DNA of 61,372 nt, filler included, from Sphacelaria rigidula (taxonomy: Eukaryota), in the NCBI GenBank assembly GCA_964200075.2. It is 11 parts of 11 records of this genome, joined end to end, with 100 filler letters (N's around TTAATTAATTAA, not from the genome) between each part and the next. Parts side by side here need not be neighbours in the genome. Positions count along the whole stretch, not along the records: positions 1 to 5,489 come from CAXNAA020026911.1; positions 5,590 to 11,078 come from CAXNAA020026912.1; 9 more parts are not named here. One strand, given 5' to 3'. A program made the position numbers and the translations under genes. The notes beneath the pieces were generated by a model. The model was not told the DNA's origin and searched no databases. It saw only the letters and a program-made list of their open reading frames with translations. Positions within the stretch are counted from its first letter, which is position 1. Every line of letters starts with the position of its first letter. Positions 1-11,078 of the stretch are shown here, piece by piece.

Positions 1-2619
1 CCCCCCCCATAAGCCGTTCAAAGCCCGTGCTGATAGAGCACCAGTTTGACCACCGGGTTGCGGTGACTCTAGGGCGACTGCTGCTATTTTAAACGGAGAA
101 GAATGAAACGGTTGGCATCTGCAGTAGTTTCAGAAACACACGTCGCTGCTTGAAGAATGAACTCACGTCTTTTTTTTGCGGGTTTCTCGCCTCGTGCACC
201 ATCATTAAGATGGCTGGTTTACTACCGTCTGAATCCCGAGGACTTGAGTGCAGAAACGGTTGACCGCGGAGACATCAGCTATAAGAATCGATGGTATAAC
301 AGTAGATATGTCCAGTCTGTGTGCCAGTCCTGGCTGGTTGACGACGTATGGGTACATACGGGATATAACCTCAGCACTACTTGTTACCACCGGAAAGGCT
401 TTGCTGATCTCTTGTGATGTCGTTGCGGGGATGGTGTCGAGAGGGTGGGGCGAAGTCATGGGCTGGCAACAAGTATTGAGGGAATGAGCAACACCGTTTT
501 TATTTTACCCTCGGGGACTAGTTTAGACCTTTCCATCGTGTGTTTTCCATCACAGGTACTGTTTGGCACCGACCGTATGACTGTATCGCTGCAACAGCTT
601 TGGTTCCTCGCGATCTATACAGCGAGAGCACCCAACCACGTCATTTCCCAAAGTAGCCTCCCTATTCCCTCGTCGTAGTACCCAGCGTCCATGCACTCGG
701 GGAGATGAGGAAGCCAAACCTCGATTTCCTCGTGTAACTGCGACGGCTAGCACACCGCCGAAACTCGATTCATGTCACAAACAAGCATCTCGTCGAGATC
801 TTGGTAAACAGGATCTTGTGCTACTGCGGGGTCCTTGTTCCCTAAGAATGCAATCGAGGGTGGATTTTGTCGTGACACCGGCTGGTGTCTTTCGTAGACT
901 TCAGTAGCCGTGCCTATTGTAAGGAAGGGATGATCTTCTGAACAATTCGCAGCTATTGGTTGCTGAAGGATTGATCGACGTAGATGGGACGAAACGTTCT
1001 TCATGACGCGCGCAAGGTCGCGCTGACTGGGTCGAGAGCGCTCACGTGTCTGTTAGAGCTGTAGTCTAGGGGAGGTACACCCTCGCACCCTCCCGCCGAG
1101 AACATTCATGATATATCAAACGAGAGGTAGGTGGGGAGAGCAAGTTAGGGCCAGTGGATGAGTGGGTGTCTACTAGTTCATTCCAGTACGGCCTACTATA
1201 ACCAATTGATTTTAGCGTGGGGTGTGTCGACTACTGGACTTGGGTGTACTGTAGTGCCAGCTTAAACTACGGGGTTGAAGTTTCGGGACTCTGGAGGAAG
1301 ACCAAATAGCACGTAGCGAGGCTGAATCTCGACCCCCGGAGACACTGCACCTGTTCTAATGAGGCGTGCTACCATCGGTTGTATTGTTTGTAAGCTGTTG
1401 AGTGTAGCTGCGTGAATGGACCAATCTGTGCGCATGTTCTCTGTGACCAACGGGACTTCATCATTTATGATCAGATATGAGCACCAGATATACACCAGAA
1501 AAAGCATCCTGGCGTTAACCCGAATGAATCGAGTATAATGGTGTTGAACACTGCTAGCAAAAGCAGCTGCTTTCTCGAGCATCAACCTGCATCGAAGAGA
1601 AATCATATATTGTAGTCGTGCGACACTTCCCGCGAGACTTTTGCGCTCCATGGACTCGGAGGCTACGCGTAGATATTCGAAAGTTATGTAGGTTCACACT
1701 AATTTCCTCAAGCTGACAGTCGCCACATGCGTCTTCATGGAGAATTTGGCACTAAATGTTGCGTCATTTTTCATCTCGAAATAGGCTTTTTGCTGCTTAC
1801 ATGATGAAGCGCGGAAACATTCCGAAAATGAGGTTGCCACCAAGGGTCCGAATATTCCGTTACAAGAATCGGCCGAGCTCTTTGAACGTGACAGCCGGTC
1901 AGAGTGATGTTTTCCGCCGGACCATCTCGTTGTACCCTGACATCCTTTTCATGTGGTAATGCCTTGAAAGACACAAGCTCAATTGGCACGTCTTGAATAC
2001 GCCATGCAAGTGACACAGTTCACAATGGCACCACATAATCATTTTTTTACCCCCACAAATTCGTGCCCATGAACAAAGGAGCTCAGATGGGCGTACGCTC
2101 CGCATATCCAATCCTAACCTAACCCTGATGTGAACTACTTGCCACTCACTGCATGTTACCGACGCCCCCCCCCCCCCCCCCCCTCGGGTAAATTGTATAT
2201 ACCGTCATATACGTGCGCCCCGTACTGCACGTACCGAAGCAGGCGACGACCAAGGCTTTGATCAAGGCCAAGAACAAGATGTTTTTTCTGGGAATGGACA
2301 AGTCCTGGCAGCATGTGTGAACGCGATTGCGTCTGCGGTTAGACGCCGTCATGAGCGATCTTTCGCACTTAGTCCGTCGTCGTTTCGCAATGGGTGGGCG
2401 TTGTTGGGCTTGTTTTCTGGCCTGCAGCTGGTGGGGGGACTGCACGTTGTGTATACATGGTCGTAAGTGTGCGTGCTTTTTCACGTTTGTTTTCGATACG
2501 AAGATTGCTTGTGGACGTATGTCACTTGGCGTTGCAGTGTTCGTTTTGTTGCCCTTTTTCTTGTGTCTTGGTCGACTCTTTGTTTGGTTGTATATTTTCG
2601 AGGATGGGGTGAGAGCTTT

Positions 2620-2824
2620 CAAGGGCAGTTCGAGTAGAGTATACTCAATTGCGGGGTATTTTGAAAGACGTATTTGGGGTACTCGAATCAGGGCAGAGTG
2701 TTGGGAGTCGTCACCAAAACATAACTGGAAAGCGATCCCTGAAACCCTACCCCCAATATGTGTACTTTGAGTACGACTTTCAAAATACCCCGCAATTGAG
2801 TATACTCTACTCGACCTACCCTTG
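2620..2824. mobile_element. MITE with ~50-bp terminal inverted repeats (partial second copy at ~21556-21680)
   Basis: CAAGGGCAGTTCGAGTAGAGTATACTCAATTGCGGGGTATTTTGAAA...TTTCAAAATACCCCGCAATTGAGTATACTCTACTCGACCTACCCTTG; a homologous left half occurs in contig 4. Confidence 0.85.
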
Positions 2825-3192
2825 GAAAGCCTCATCCTGCCTGGAGTTGTGCAGATCATACTAGAGTGAAGGTACACTTGGTCCAAACTTGATGGAGGCC
2901 TACTTGCTAGTTGTGGGGGGATCTTGAGCTTTCCTCGCCGTCATCATCACATGGATACATACTGCCGCGTACACTCTTGTCATGCAAGCTACGAGACTCG
3001 CCGGACGAGCCTCGGATGCTTCCTTGGACACCAAGAGCAGGAATCATCTCATCCTTGCTGCCACCAGCAGGGTTGCAGGTTGTTTTGTTGATTGCAGAGG
3101 CGGATCACCCTCTAGAGCTGGGTTTTGGTCTTGGCTTCCTTGTTCATTATGTCGTACGCTATGGATGTAGACATTAACAGCAACAACAAGCA

Positions 3193-3526
3193 CACACGCG
3201 GCCATTTGGCTACCTCCAAAATTCCTCCAGGTGGGTACACTTTTCGAGCCTCCAGAGGAATTAAACGCCTCCGGAGGGCTGCGCGGCCCATTCAGAGGGT
3301 ATTTTTTGGTCTCCTCCAGAGGGATTAAATGCCTCCGGAGGCTTATTTTTGCCTCTGGAGGGCCGCGCATATCTCCAAATTCCTCCGGAGGGGTGCGCGG
3401 CCCTCCGGGTTGGTAGAAATTGGCTTCCTTCAGAGGGATTGAAGACCTCCGGAGGCTTGTTTTCCCCCTGGAGGGCCGCGCATCCCTCTGCAGGCATTTT
3501 GGGGTGTAGCCAAATGGCTGCGTGTG
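3193..3526. mobile_element. MITE, CACACG...CGTGTG family, copy 1 (2-bp TSD CA)
   Basis: TIRs CACACGCGGCCATTTGGCTAC / GTAGCCAAATGGCTGCGTGTG; internal CCTCYRGAGG palindromic subrepeats; homologues at 7548-7767 and 28696-29055. Confidence 0.88.
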
Positions 3527-3869
3527 CACATCTTACGTGGCGATCTTGAACTGCCCAGCCATCTTGCTTTCGCACGCCCTTGCCTGGATGCGGCACCACG
3601 CGAAAGGTGCTCATAGCCACTCGCAAACGAAGAATACATCATCCTTCTTCAGTGCTGTTAACGAGGCTAGATTGTGGCACGCATTTCTCAAGTTGCCTTG
3701 CTACGGTGAAATCACGAAAACGGTCAGCAGGGCGTCTCCTTCACTGCATGGATTAGCACCACACTACCATGACCTGGTATGTTTGAATGTGGATACAACC
3801 CGCGAAGATCGCCGCGGGCCCGGGCTGTGAACGTCCGCGCGCCATTTTGATGACGCATTATATGCGCAT

Positions 3870-4450
3870 CTTCTTATTTTGCCCGCGGTCGGTGTCGCTG
3901 GGTCTCGACTACTACCCGCTCAAGCACTTCGCCAGCGCATTCTGCAGGGATACACGCCCCGGTTTCATCGGCAGAAACACAAATTGGAAGCGGAGCGTAG
4001 GCCGGACGGACAACGGACAGGCTGATTGAGTGAAGCTGAAAATGGGGGGCTGAGGGAAACTTGGTTGAATTGTACTCAAGCGTAGAAAAACTGTGTCTAC
4101 CAGCTGTACGGTTGAGACTCAACATTTGGACGCAGGTGATATCAGTGATAGACCCAACAACGTTTTCGCCAGATCGATTGTCTAGCATTCGGTTAGATGA
4201 TAGCTTTTCAGCCCACTTTCCCCCGAAAATGATGCGGATCCAACAAAACGTATCGTTAAATGTTGATACTCGTATATCTAACGACTCGAAATATATATAC
4301 ACGTGGCCCGCAACGCCTCGTGATAACTCAACTTTTGACCTCTAGGGTAGGTTGTCTGTGGAACAGGCATCATGTATACTCGTCATTCAGACATGTATGT
4401 GTTTCATTTCTTTATGAAACACATGAAACCAACGTCTTCCTATGTGAAAG
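3870..4450 (-). pseudogene. Possible decayed DNA-transposase remnant (piggyBac-like?)
   Basis: Broken ORF with loose resemblance to DDE_Tnp_1_7 motif spacing (IIFGGK...NVV...GRHSFS..EYNS); judged by eye only. Confidence 0.2.
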
Positions 4451-5489
4451 CCTACTCTTCATCAAATCCTAGACATCCGATCTGCCAAAAAAAGGTTGCT
4501 ACTCGTGTTCTTTTACGCAGTCATTTCACGTCTGCGCCTGCTGCTGCTGTACGTTACTCCCTGTCTGTGCGTGTCGGTCGACACCAAAAAATGTGGCGAC
4601 CCTTGTCGACACGTTGGGTTTCATGACTGCCATATTTTTTTGCTCGATAAGCATACCCGTTGAACTCGACAACAAACCCACATTGAGACCTTCCTGCTCG
4701 TAAGGCCAAAGCAACACAGCATCAGCTCCCATCGACTCCAGCTCAATGCGAAGCCACTGACGAGGCCATCGACGACACATACCCGATCATCAAAACCAAG
4801 GGCGACGAAATTTCCGAGAACGTTGGAGAGATAGTCAGCAGCGCCTGTGTCGTAACTATCCGAGCATGACAAAACCGCGTGATGATAGGTGCAATACATG
4901 AACTTTGCCCGCGGCTATGGGTATGCGGCGTCAGCAAATTATACTCAAATAAATGCCCTTCGGTGATGCTTCGCATGGAAGTGAGGTCCAAGCGGTGAAC
5001 CCACGTGCACAGATTCGGCCCGCCAAGACGAGCAACGCCTGTCTGGGTCGAGGCTCGAAACTGTCAATTTAGGAGGTGCTGAAGCACAGCATACGTTCTT
5101 GTGAAATCATGATGAAGAAGTTGTGCACACCCTGGACAAAACGTGGCGGTCAACAGTTGCAATAGGCAAAAATATACTGCGTGAAGTATTCGAGTAGGCC
5201 TATTGCAATTATTGGCCATGTATTGTCCAGGGAGAGAACTGGTGTGAGTCACGTTCACATTCAATCCCAGTTTCATCTTTTCATGTCGTATCAGGAGTTT
5301 TTTCACGTCAGCAATTAACAGCCGATCCTAGTTTTTGGGGTTGAAACATAAAATGAGGTTGAAGTCCCATTTCTCCATTGCAGGGAAGATACGAAAGAGT
5401 AACACAGAGCGATAGTATCTTCCCCCCCCAAACTCCGCACTCCGCGGGAGACCGCGAGAGTAGGTCACCTGCTGAATCGGCATCAATAT

Positions 5490-5589
5490 NNNNNNNNNNN
5501 NNNNNNNNNNNNNNNNNNNNNNNNNNNNNNNNNTTAATTAATTAANNNNNNNNNNNNNNNNNNNNNNNNNNNNNNNNNNNNNNNNNNNN
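5490..5589. other. Artificial contig spacer (N44-TTAATTAATTAA-N44); also at 11079-11178, 16668-16767, 22257-22356, 27846-27945, 33435-33534, 39023-39122, 44611-44710, 50199-50298, 55786-55885
   Basis: Identical 100-bp spacer with a six-frame stop linker about every 5,589 bp. Intervening contigs decrease monotonically from 5,489 to 5,487 bp. Confidence 0.99.
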
Positions 5590-7547
5590 CGGGAGACCGT
5601 CCGACAAACCGGCTGCGATCCCACTATTGGGCTCGTTTGCAGCAATTCCGCCCACATGAAAGGCTTGTAGCAGTCCGAAATCAGCTATAACGCCCAAATA
5701 AGTCGCGTCGTGGAATACGAAACCAGCTCTAACGGCATTTATTACCATCGCCTCCGTGCACTTTTTGGTTGGTTCGGGGGGTGGCTATCTCGGCGGCAGT
5801 CTACACACCGACAAGAACAACGGTACGCTCCACTTCATCAACATGAAGATTGTTCGGGACTCACGAAATTTCGGAACAAACACCGGGTCAGCATTTACGA
5901 CTGAGGTAGTGACCAGGGAACGTATGGGGATGGGCACAGCATTATCAGCAGTAGTACCTCCCCCGGACATCAAATCGACACGAGCAGTCAAGATTGCCGA
6001 ACCGTCTTCGACACCTTCCGGCAGAACAGTGACAAGACCGTGCGATTCAACGTGGAAAATGAGAAGGGGTAGAACGTACAGTAAGAATAATAGATCTTCA
6101 TGGGTCAAGCCGACATCTGCATCCAACATCACAAGTAGAGAAAAGCCGAAAGTTTGCGAAAAGAACGAACATGTCGACTTCAGCAAACGTCGAGATTACA
6201 ACAGGAGTACGAGAAAATCGATATCTTCACCGCAGAAGCGTCGCGATCATCCTTCTCGTCACCATCATCACCATCGTCATCATCAACTACAGCACCTGCA
6301 CCAGCAGCACCTGCACCAGCCACAGCAGCACCATCAGCAGCACCAGCACCAGCAGCCCAAGGTGCGACACCAGGGCAGTTCAGGCATCATAGGTATAACA
6401 ACAGTGTATGTCAGAGAAATAATTGGCATCAAGAAAGCAGACTCATCATCAGCGCTACAGCAGGTGCTAGATACCCTACCTGCACACGTAAAAAGCGGGG
6501 CAATGCAACCTCCAAGTCACATCGAACGCAAAATGCTCGATACAGAAAACCCCAACCAAACAACACGATCACCACGAAAACAAATGAAGATCACCTGCTT
6601 TTTCGAAAAGCAACCATCCCAAGCGACTCCAACAAGCCCGGGGACAGCATCCACTATCAAGAGGCCAGCATCCAGATGCACGTCTCAGCGCACTTCAGCA
6701 TCGCCAGAAACATCACTCACTTCGGAGCACAAGACATATACAGCATCGCCACGTCAATTGAACTCCCAGTGTTTGATTTGAAACGGAACACTTCGTGCGA
6801 TTAGGTCGCCACACTTCCTTTCAGGATTTCACACCACTACTACATACTGCAACAACTACGATCGAGTGAGGGCACGGAATAAGGGGAGCAGCTATACTAC
6901 AACACCGCCCAGAACGGACCGAACAAAATCAACGAACGCCACCACAACACTACACAATGTTAGCCAAGAAACAGAATGATTGATCAGTAGCAGGGTAATA
7001 AAACACGGCACGTACTTGATTCGTATCATATAATGTATGTAATGACTTGCGTATAGGATATATGTATCGACTTGCGTACAGTACGGAATCATAGGACTGT
7101 GTGCAAGATCTTGATTTATTTGAACATTGTGTGTCATGTGTACAGTACACGGTATGTACTTGATGAGTTTGCCAACCTGTGTACAGGAGCTTCTGTTTGC
7201 GCACTAGGGCAATATGCTTTGAGTCGAGCATCAACTACAGTAGGTCACGCAGTTGACACCACACCCTACGAGACTGTCTACGTAAGACAGAGACTTAGAT
7301 TTATCTATCGTTTTTTTAGTCATGAGTGCGCACTGTTCACACATGAGAGCTGTCTCTGAATTTTAGAGTGTTGACTACCAGGGTACGTGTTCTTTGATAT
7401 TTGCACGATATGTGTAGTGATGTACGATACGGGAAAACTCTTTCGGCTATTACAGGCTCCGAAACATTTGATACCATGCAAATAGTCCGAGAGTATATGT
7501 AAAGGAATGAGATTATGAGAGTAACGACATTTCTTCAAGTAAACGTA

Positions 7548-7767
7548 CACACGTGACCATGTGGCAACCTCTAAATTTCCTCCAGGTGGGTACACTTTTC
7601 GAACCTCCAGAGGAATTAGACGCCTCCGGAGGGGTGCGCGGTCCTCCGGGTCGGTAAAGTTTGGTCTCCTCTAGAGGGATGGAAGGCCTCCGGAGGCTTG
7701 TTTTCCCCCTGGAGGGCCGCGCATCCCTCTGGAGGTATTTTGGGGTGTAGCCAAATGGCCGCGTGTG
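7548..7767. mobile_element. MITE, CACACG...CGTGTG family, copy 2 (TSD TA), inserted in the Copia 3' region
   Basis: TA|CACACGTGACCATGTGGCAAC...GTAGCCAAATGGCCGCGTGTG|TA; internally shorter homologue of 3193-3526. Confidence 0.88.
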
Positions 7768-8007
7768 TATGACACCTGTACGCATTATAAACATACTGAT
7801 TTCACATCTGCTCAGCGTATCTTGGTTTATGTTTTTGGATTGATTCCATTGTACCTTGAAGCTTATTTCTACACATCGGTACAGCGTACCTTGTAACTGA
7901 TTTTTTAAACACCAGTACAGCGTGCTTCGTAGTACTCTTAGTTCATTTGTCTAGTTAACGAATTGATCGAAATTTGATTTGCTATCCACGTACAACTCAA
8001 GGGGTAA

Positions 8008-8606
8008 TGTTGGATATTTACATAGCCAGCAGTCTAGCTGTTTGTTTTCTGCGTGTGAGTTTTTACTCTGTAGCACATTAGCGGCATAATTTGTTCCAGT
8101 TCAACTGGGAGCCCCCAATTTTGACCAAGGGTGCAAGTACTGTTTCCTATATGGATCCTTGAGTCTAATATCTTAGCAGACTTGCCACGTAAGCTCGGAG
8201 GATAAGACAGTGTGCTGCCATTGTTTGTGAGTGTCGTAGGTTGAGTAAGAATCCAGTCTGTGAGCTGGCAGACCAACACGTCAGAGTCAAGGACGCGTTT
8301 TAGTCTACGTACGTGTAGAGCCTTGTTTCTTGTTCCAGGATTGAGTGATTGTAATCGGTGGTCCTCACTGCCCCTCGCAATCACTCTCCTCCACTACCAT
8401 CAGTTCTCTGCTTTGAGAGGAAACTGAGAGTCCTGCTTTTCTCGGTCGAATAAAGAGTCCAATCAACCATTTGTTTCACTGGTTCCATTCTGAGCTGCAG
8501 GAGCAACTGGTCTGACAACCAGGGTGCAACCTCCGCATACTACTGTTCGTTGAACGGTAGTTAGCCTATCGCGAGGACAGTGCTACGGACACGAGTTATT
8601 CCAACA
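8008..8606 (+). repeat. Copia LTR (599 bp)
   Basis: Inverted termini TGTTGGA...TCCAACA; preceded by purine tract AAGGGGTAA (7999-8007) and followed by the PBS. Confidence 0.88.
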
Positions 8607-8617
8607 GGTTACGAGCC
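8607..8617 (+). promoter_or_regulatory. Copia-type primer binding site GGTTACGAGCC
   Basis: Abuts the LTR end; resembles the GGTTATGRGCC internal tRNAi-Met half-molecule PBS of copia-type elements. Confidence 0.75.
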
Positions 8618-8803
8618 TCGATTCGCAACCACGTAGGTCACCAGGTCATCAGCCTTCGATTCGAGACTACGTCGGTCAGCACCAGCGAAGGGACTACCCA
8701 GCAACGTCGTCACGGCAGCTAAAACTTAGAAGAGTCCAACCTTAATATGTTATATTTGCACAAGGATTTAGGTGTGATAAAGGTTTACACATTTTGTCAC
8801 AAG

Positions 8804-10925
8804 ATGAATAATCAAGGAGAGCCATATGTTGCACAGCTCATCAAGAGCATCAGGAAATTCGATGGAACAAATTTCCTCGAATGAAAGCGCAGCACGCGCG
8901 CAATGATTTCCCTCACACATCCAGGGATTTCGGATATTATGAATGGAGATAAACGTCCCGCGGAAACGTTTGATGACGTGGAGCACATTCCAGGTGCCCA
9001 ATCACTTCCAGTTGCACGACTCAGGTCAAGATCAACTCCGTCACACACCTGCTCCCAAGGAACCCCGCCGTCTTCATCCGAAGAGGCAGCCGAAACAAGT
9101 GATCCAGTTGAGGACCCGGCTGACGGCAAAGTGGACTTCTCTAGGGAGGCTACACATGTGAGAATTTTGGTGAACAGATCTGAAGTTGAGAATTGGGAAT
9201 GCTGCAACGAACAGTTGTTCAATATACTGTACTTGACAACTTCAGGCCCAGCGGGCAGTTTTCTTCTTCGCGTCGAGCCGAAGAGCCCCGCAAGACCAAA
9301 TGGCAAAATTGCATGGGAGGCCCTGGTCGGTAAATACGAGAACTCGTCGAAGCAACGGCGGCGTATTCTTATGCATCAGCTAAAAAACATAAAATTGTCA
9401 CGTGGACAAGATCCTGGCGTAACACGGGATCTTACAAATTGGGGATGGCTCTTCTATTGGGGATGAGAAACCAGGAGGATTAAAATATTCGTATCCACAC
9501 CAAATCTTCAAAATATGGTTTTATTTCTTCACCTACTGATAGCTATTGACAACTTCTACACGCCATAGAAATTTGGAGTTCGATCACCGAAATGTTGGGG
9601 TCCTCGGTGAAATAAAAATTTCGGAACCATTTTGGCGTTCGTTCGGACACCCGGAATTCCCCAAAATTGCTTCTTCACCTAAGACCCCAACATTTCGGTG
9701 ATCGAAATCCCAATTTCTATGGCGCGTAGCAGTTGTCAATAGCTATCAGTAGGTGAAGAAATGGAACCATACTTCGAAGATTTGGTGCGGATACGAAGAT
9801 TTTAATTATCCGGGTTTCTCATATCCAGTAAAAGATCCATCCCCAATTTGTAAGATCCCGTGTTACGTGTTTCTGACCAAAATCTATGAACTGCGTGATC
9901 AGCGGGTGTACATGGGTAAACCCATTTCAGATGATAGCCTCACGGACATCGTGGTGGAAGGCTTGATAGATGAATACGACAGGATAAAGTATGATGCGGA
10001 GCGTGACCCAGACTTCAGCATCTCTGACATCGAAGTAACAATGAGGAATATGTAATCAAATCGCGTCGCACACGGAATTTTGTCGCAGGGAGTACGCGGC
10101 CGTGATTCCGCCATGATAGAGACCTCACCGCTCGATTCATCTGCAAAACCTTCAAGACTCGCTGGAAAGTGTTTCTTCTGTGGTGGGCATGGGCATCATA
10201 TCCGCGACTGTCGTTCTAAACGACAGTCTAACAGCAGGAGCAAGACTGTGAAATGGTGCAGTCTTCATCATACAGATAAACACGACAACTCCGAATGCAA
10301 TAATCAAATCGGTAACGGTGGTACGTTAAAGAATAACAGCAGGAACAAAAACAACGACAACAACTGCAACAATAATGGGGACAACAACAGCATCGACGGA
10401 CATCAACGCCATGCAAACACCGTCACAGTGGATTCTGCATCTACGACAGCACCATCCAACATCCAAGTTCAAGAGACTAGGGGATCGGCAGCACCAACAG
10501 CGGCTCACACAAGCTCGCCACCAAGCGGCATAGGCTTTCGCTTTTCCGCTGATCCTGCAGACAAGGACAACACTCGGCTACCGGTTTCGATATCATTTAA
10601 AGTGGTATGCGACTCCGAGGCCAGCCATCATTACATCGACGATCAGCTACTGCCCAATATTGAAGAGATGTTTGATTATGTGAAACCCGATCCTCCCATG
10701 AGAATTCTGACAGCAGATCGCCATCTACTAAGCGGAACAGGAAAAGGAGTACCCCACTCTATCGTCTGTGATCAGTAGGGTAAACAGGACTCCGTCCGCC
10801 TTCAAGCCATTATTGTTTCAGGCCTCGGTAAACATTCTTTTCCACCCGTGAAGGCATTATTGACAGGAGTTCCAACTGTGTTCTCCGTCAACTCTCACGT
10901 CGACCTTGGAAAATTCAAGATTCCA
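8804..10925 (+). pseudogene. Copia gag-protease pseudogene (stops at 8882, 10053, 10776; interrupted by a foldback element)
   Basis: IRKFDGTNFLE*K start; AWEALVGKY; DPDVFLTKIYELRDQ...SLTDIVVEGLIDEYDRIK (Retrotran_gag_2-like); CFFCGGHGHHIRDC knuckle plus WCSLHHTDKHDNSEC; protease VVCDSEASHHY. Confidence 0.92.
9421..9864. mobile_element. Foldback MITE with ~180-bp TIRs, 4-bp TSD (GCGT/ACGT), inserted in Copia gag
   Basis: AACACGGGATCTTACAAATTGGGG...CCCCAATTTGTAAGATCCCGTGTT. Removing it plus one TSD copy restores in-frame GAT CCT GAC GTG TTT CTG (DPDVFL). Confidence 0.93.
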
Positions 10926-10929
10926 ACAC

Positions 10930-11078
10930 AGACTCATGCCGAGATAGCCCCCCCACAAAAGGTGCACGGGAGACCGTCCGACAAACCGGCTGCGATCCCA
11001 CTATTGGGCTCGTTTGCAGCAATTCCGCCCACATGAAAGGCTTGTAGCAGTCCGAAATCAGCTATAACGCCCAAATAA
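10930..11078. mobile_element. ~250-bp MITE spanning the contig self-overlap (continues at 5590-5802)
   Basis: TIR AGACTCATGCCGAGATAGCC (10930) pairs with GGCTATCTCGGCGGCAGTCT (ends 5802); both sides flanked by ACAC (10926-10929 and 5803-5806). Confidence 0.8.

Larger units (their letters stand above)
5590..11078 (+). mobile_element. Circularly permuted, non-autonomous Ty1/Copia LTR retrotransposon (gag + protease, single LTR)
   Basis: Order PPT-LTR-PBS-gag-zinc knuckle-protease. The first and last 112 bp of the contig are identical. No integrase/RT/RNase H motifs recognised. Confidence 0.88.

Noticed and set aside
3044..3642. Overlapping ORFs of 60-160 aa
   Set aside because: They lie over a GC-rich palindromic MITE; no protein motifs.
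5534..5545. Regularly spaced TTAATTAATTAA motif as a biological periodic element
   Set aside because: Embedded in N runs at every contig join; an artificial six-frame stop linker.
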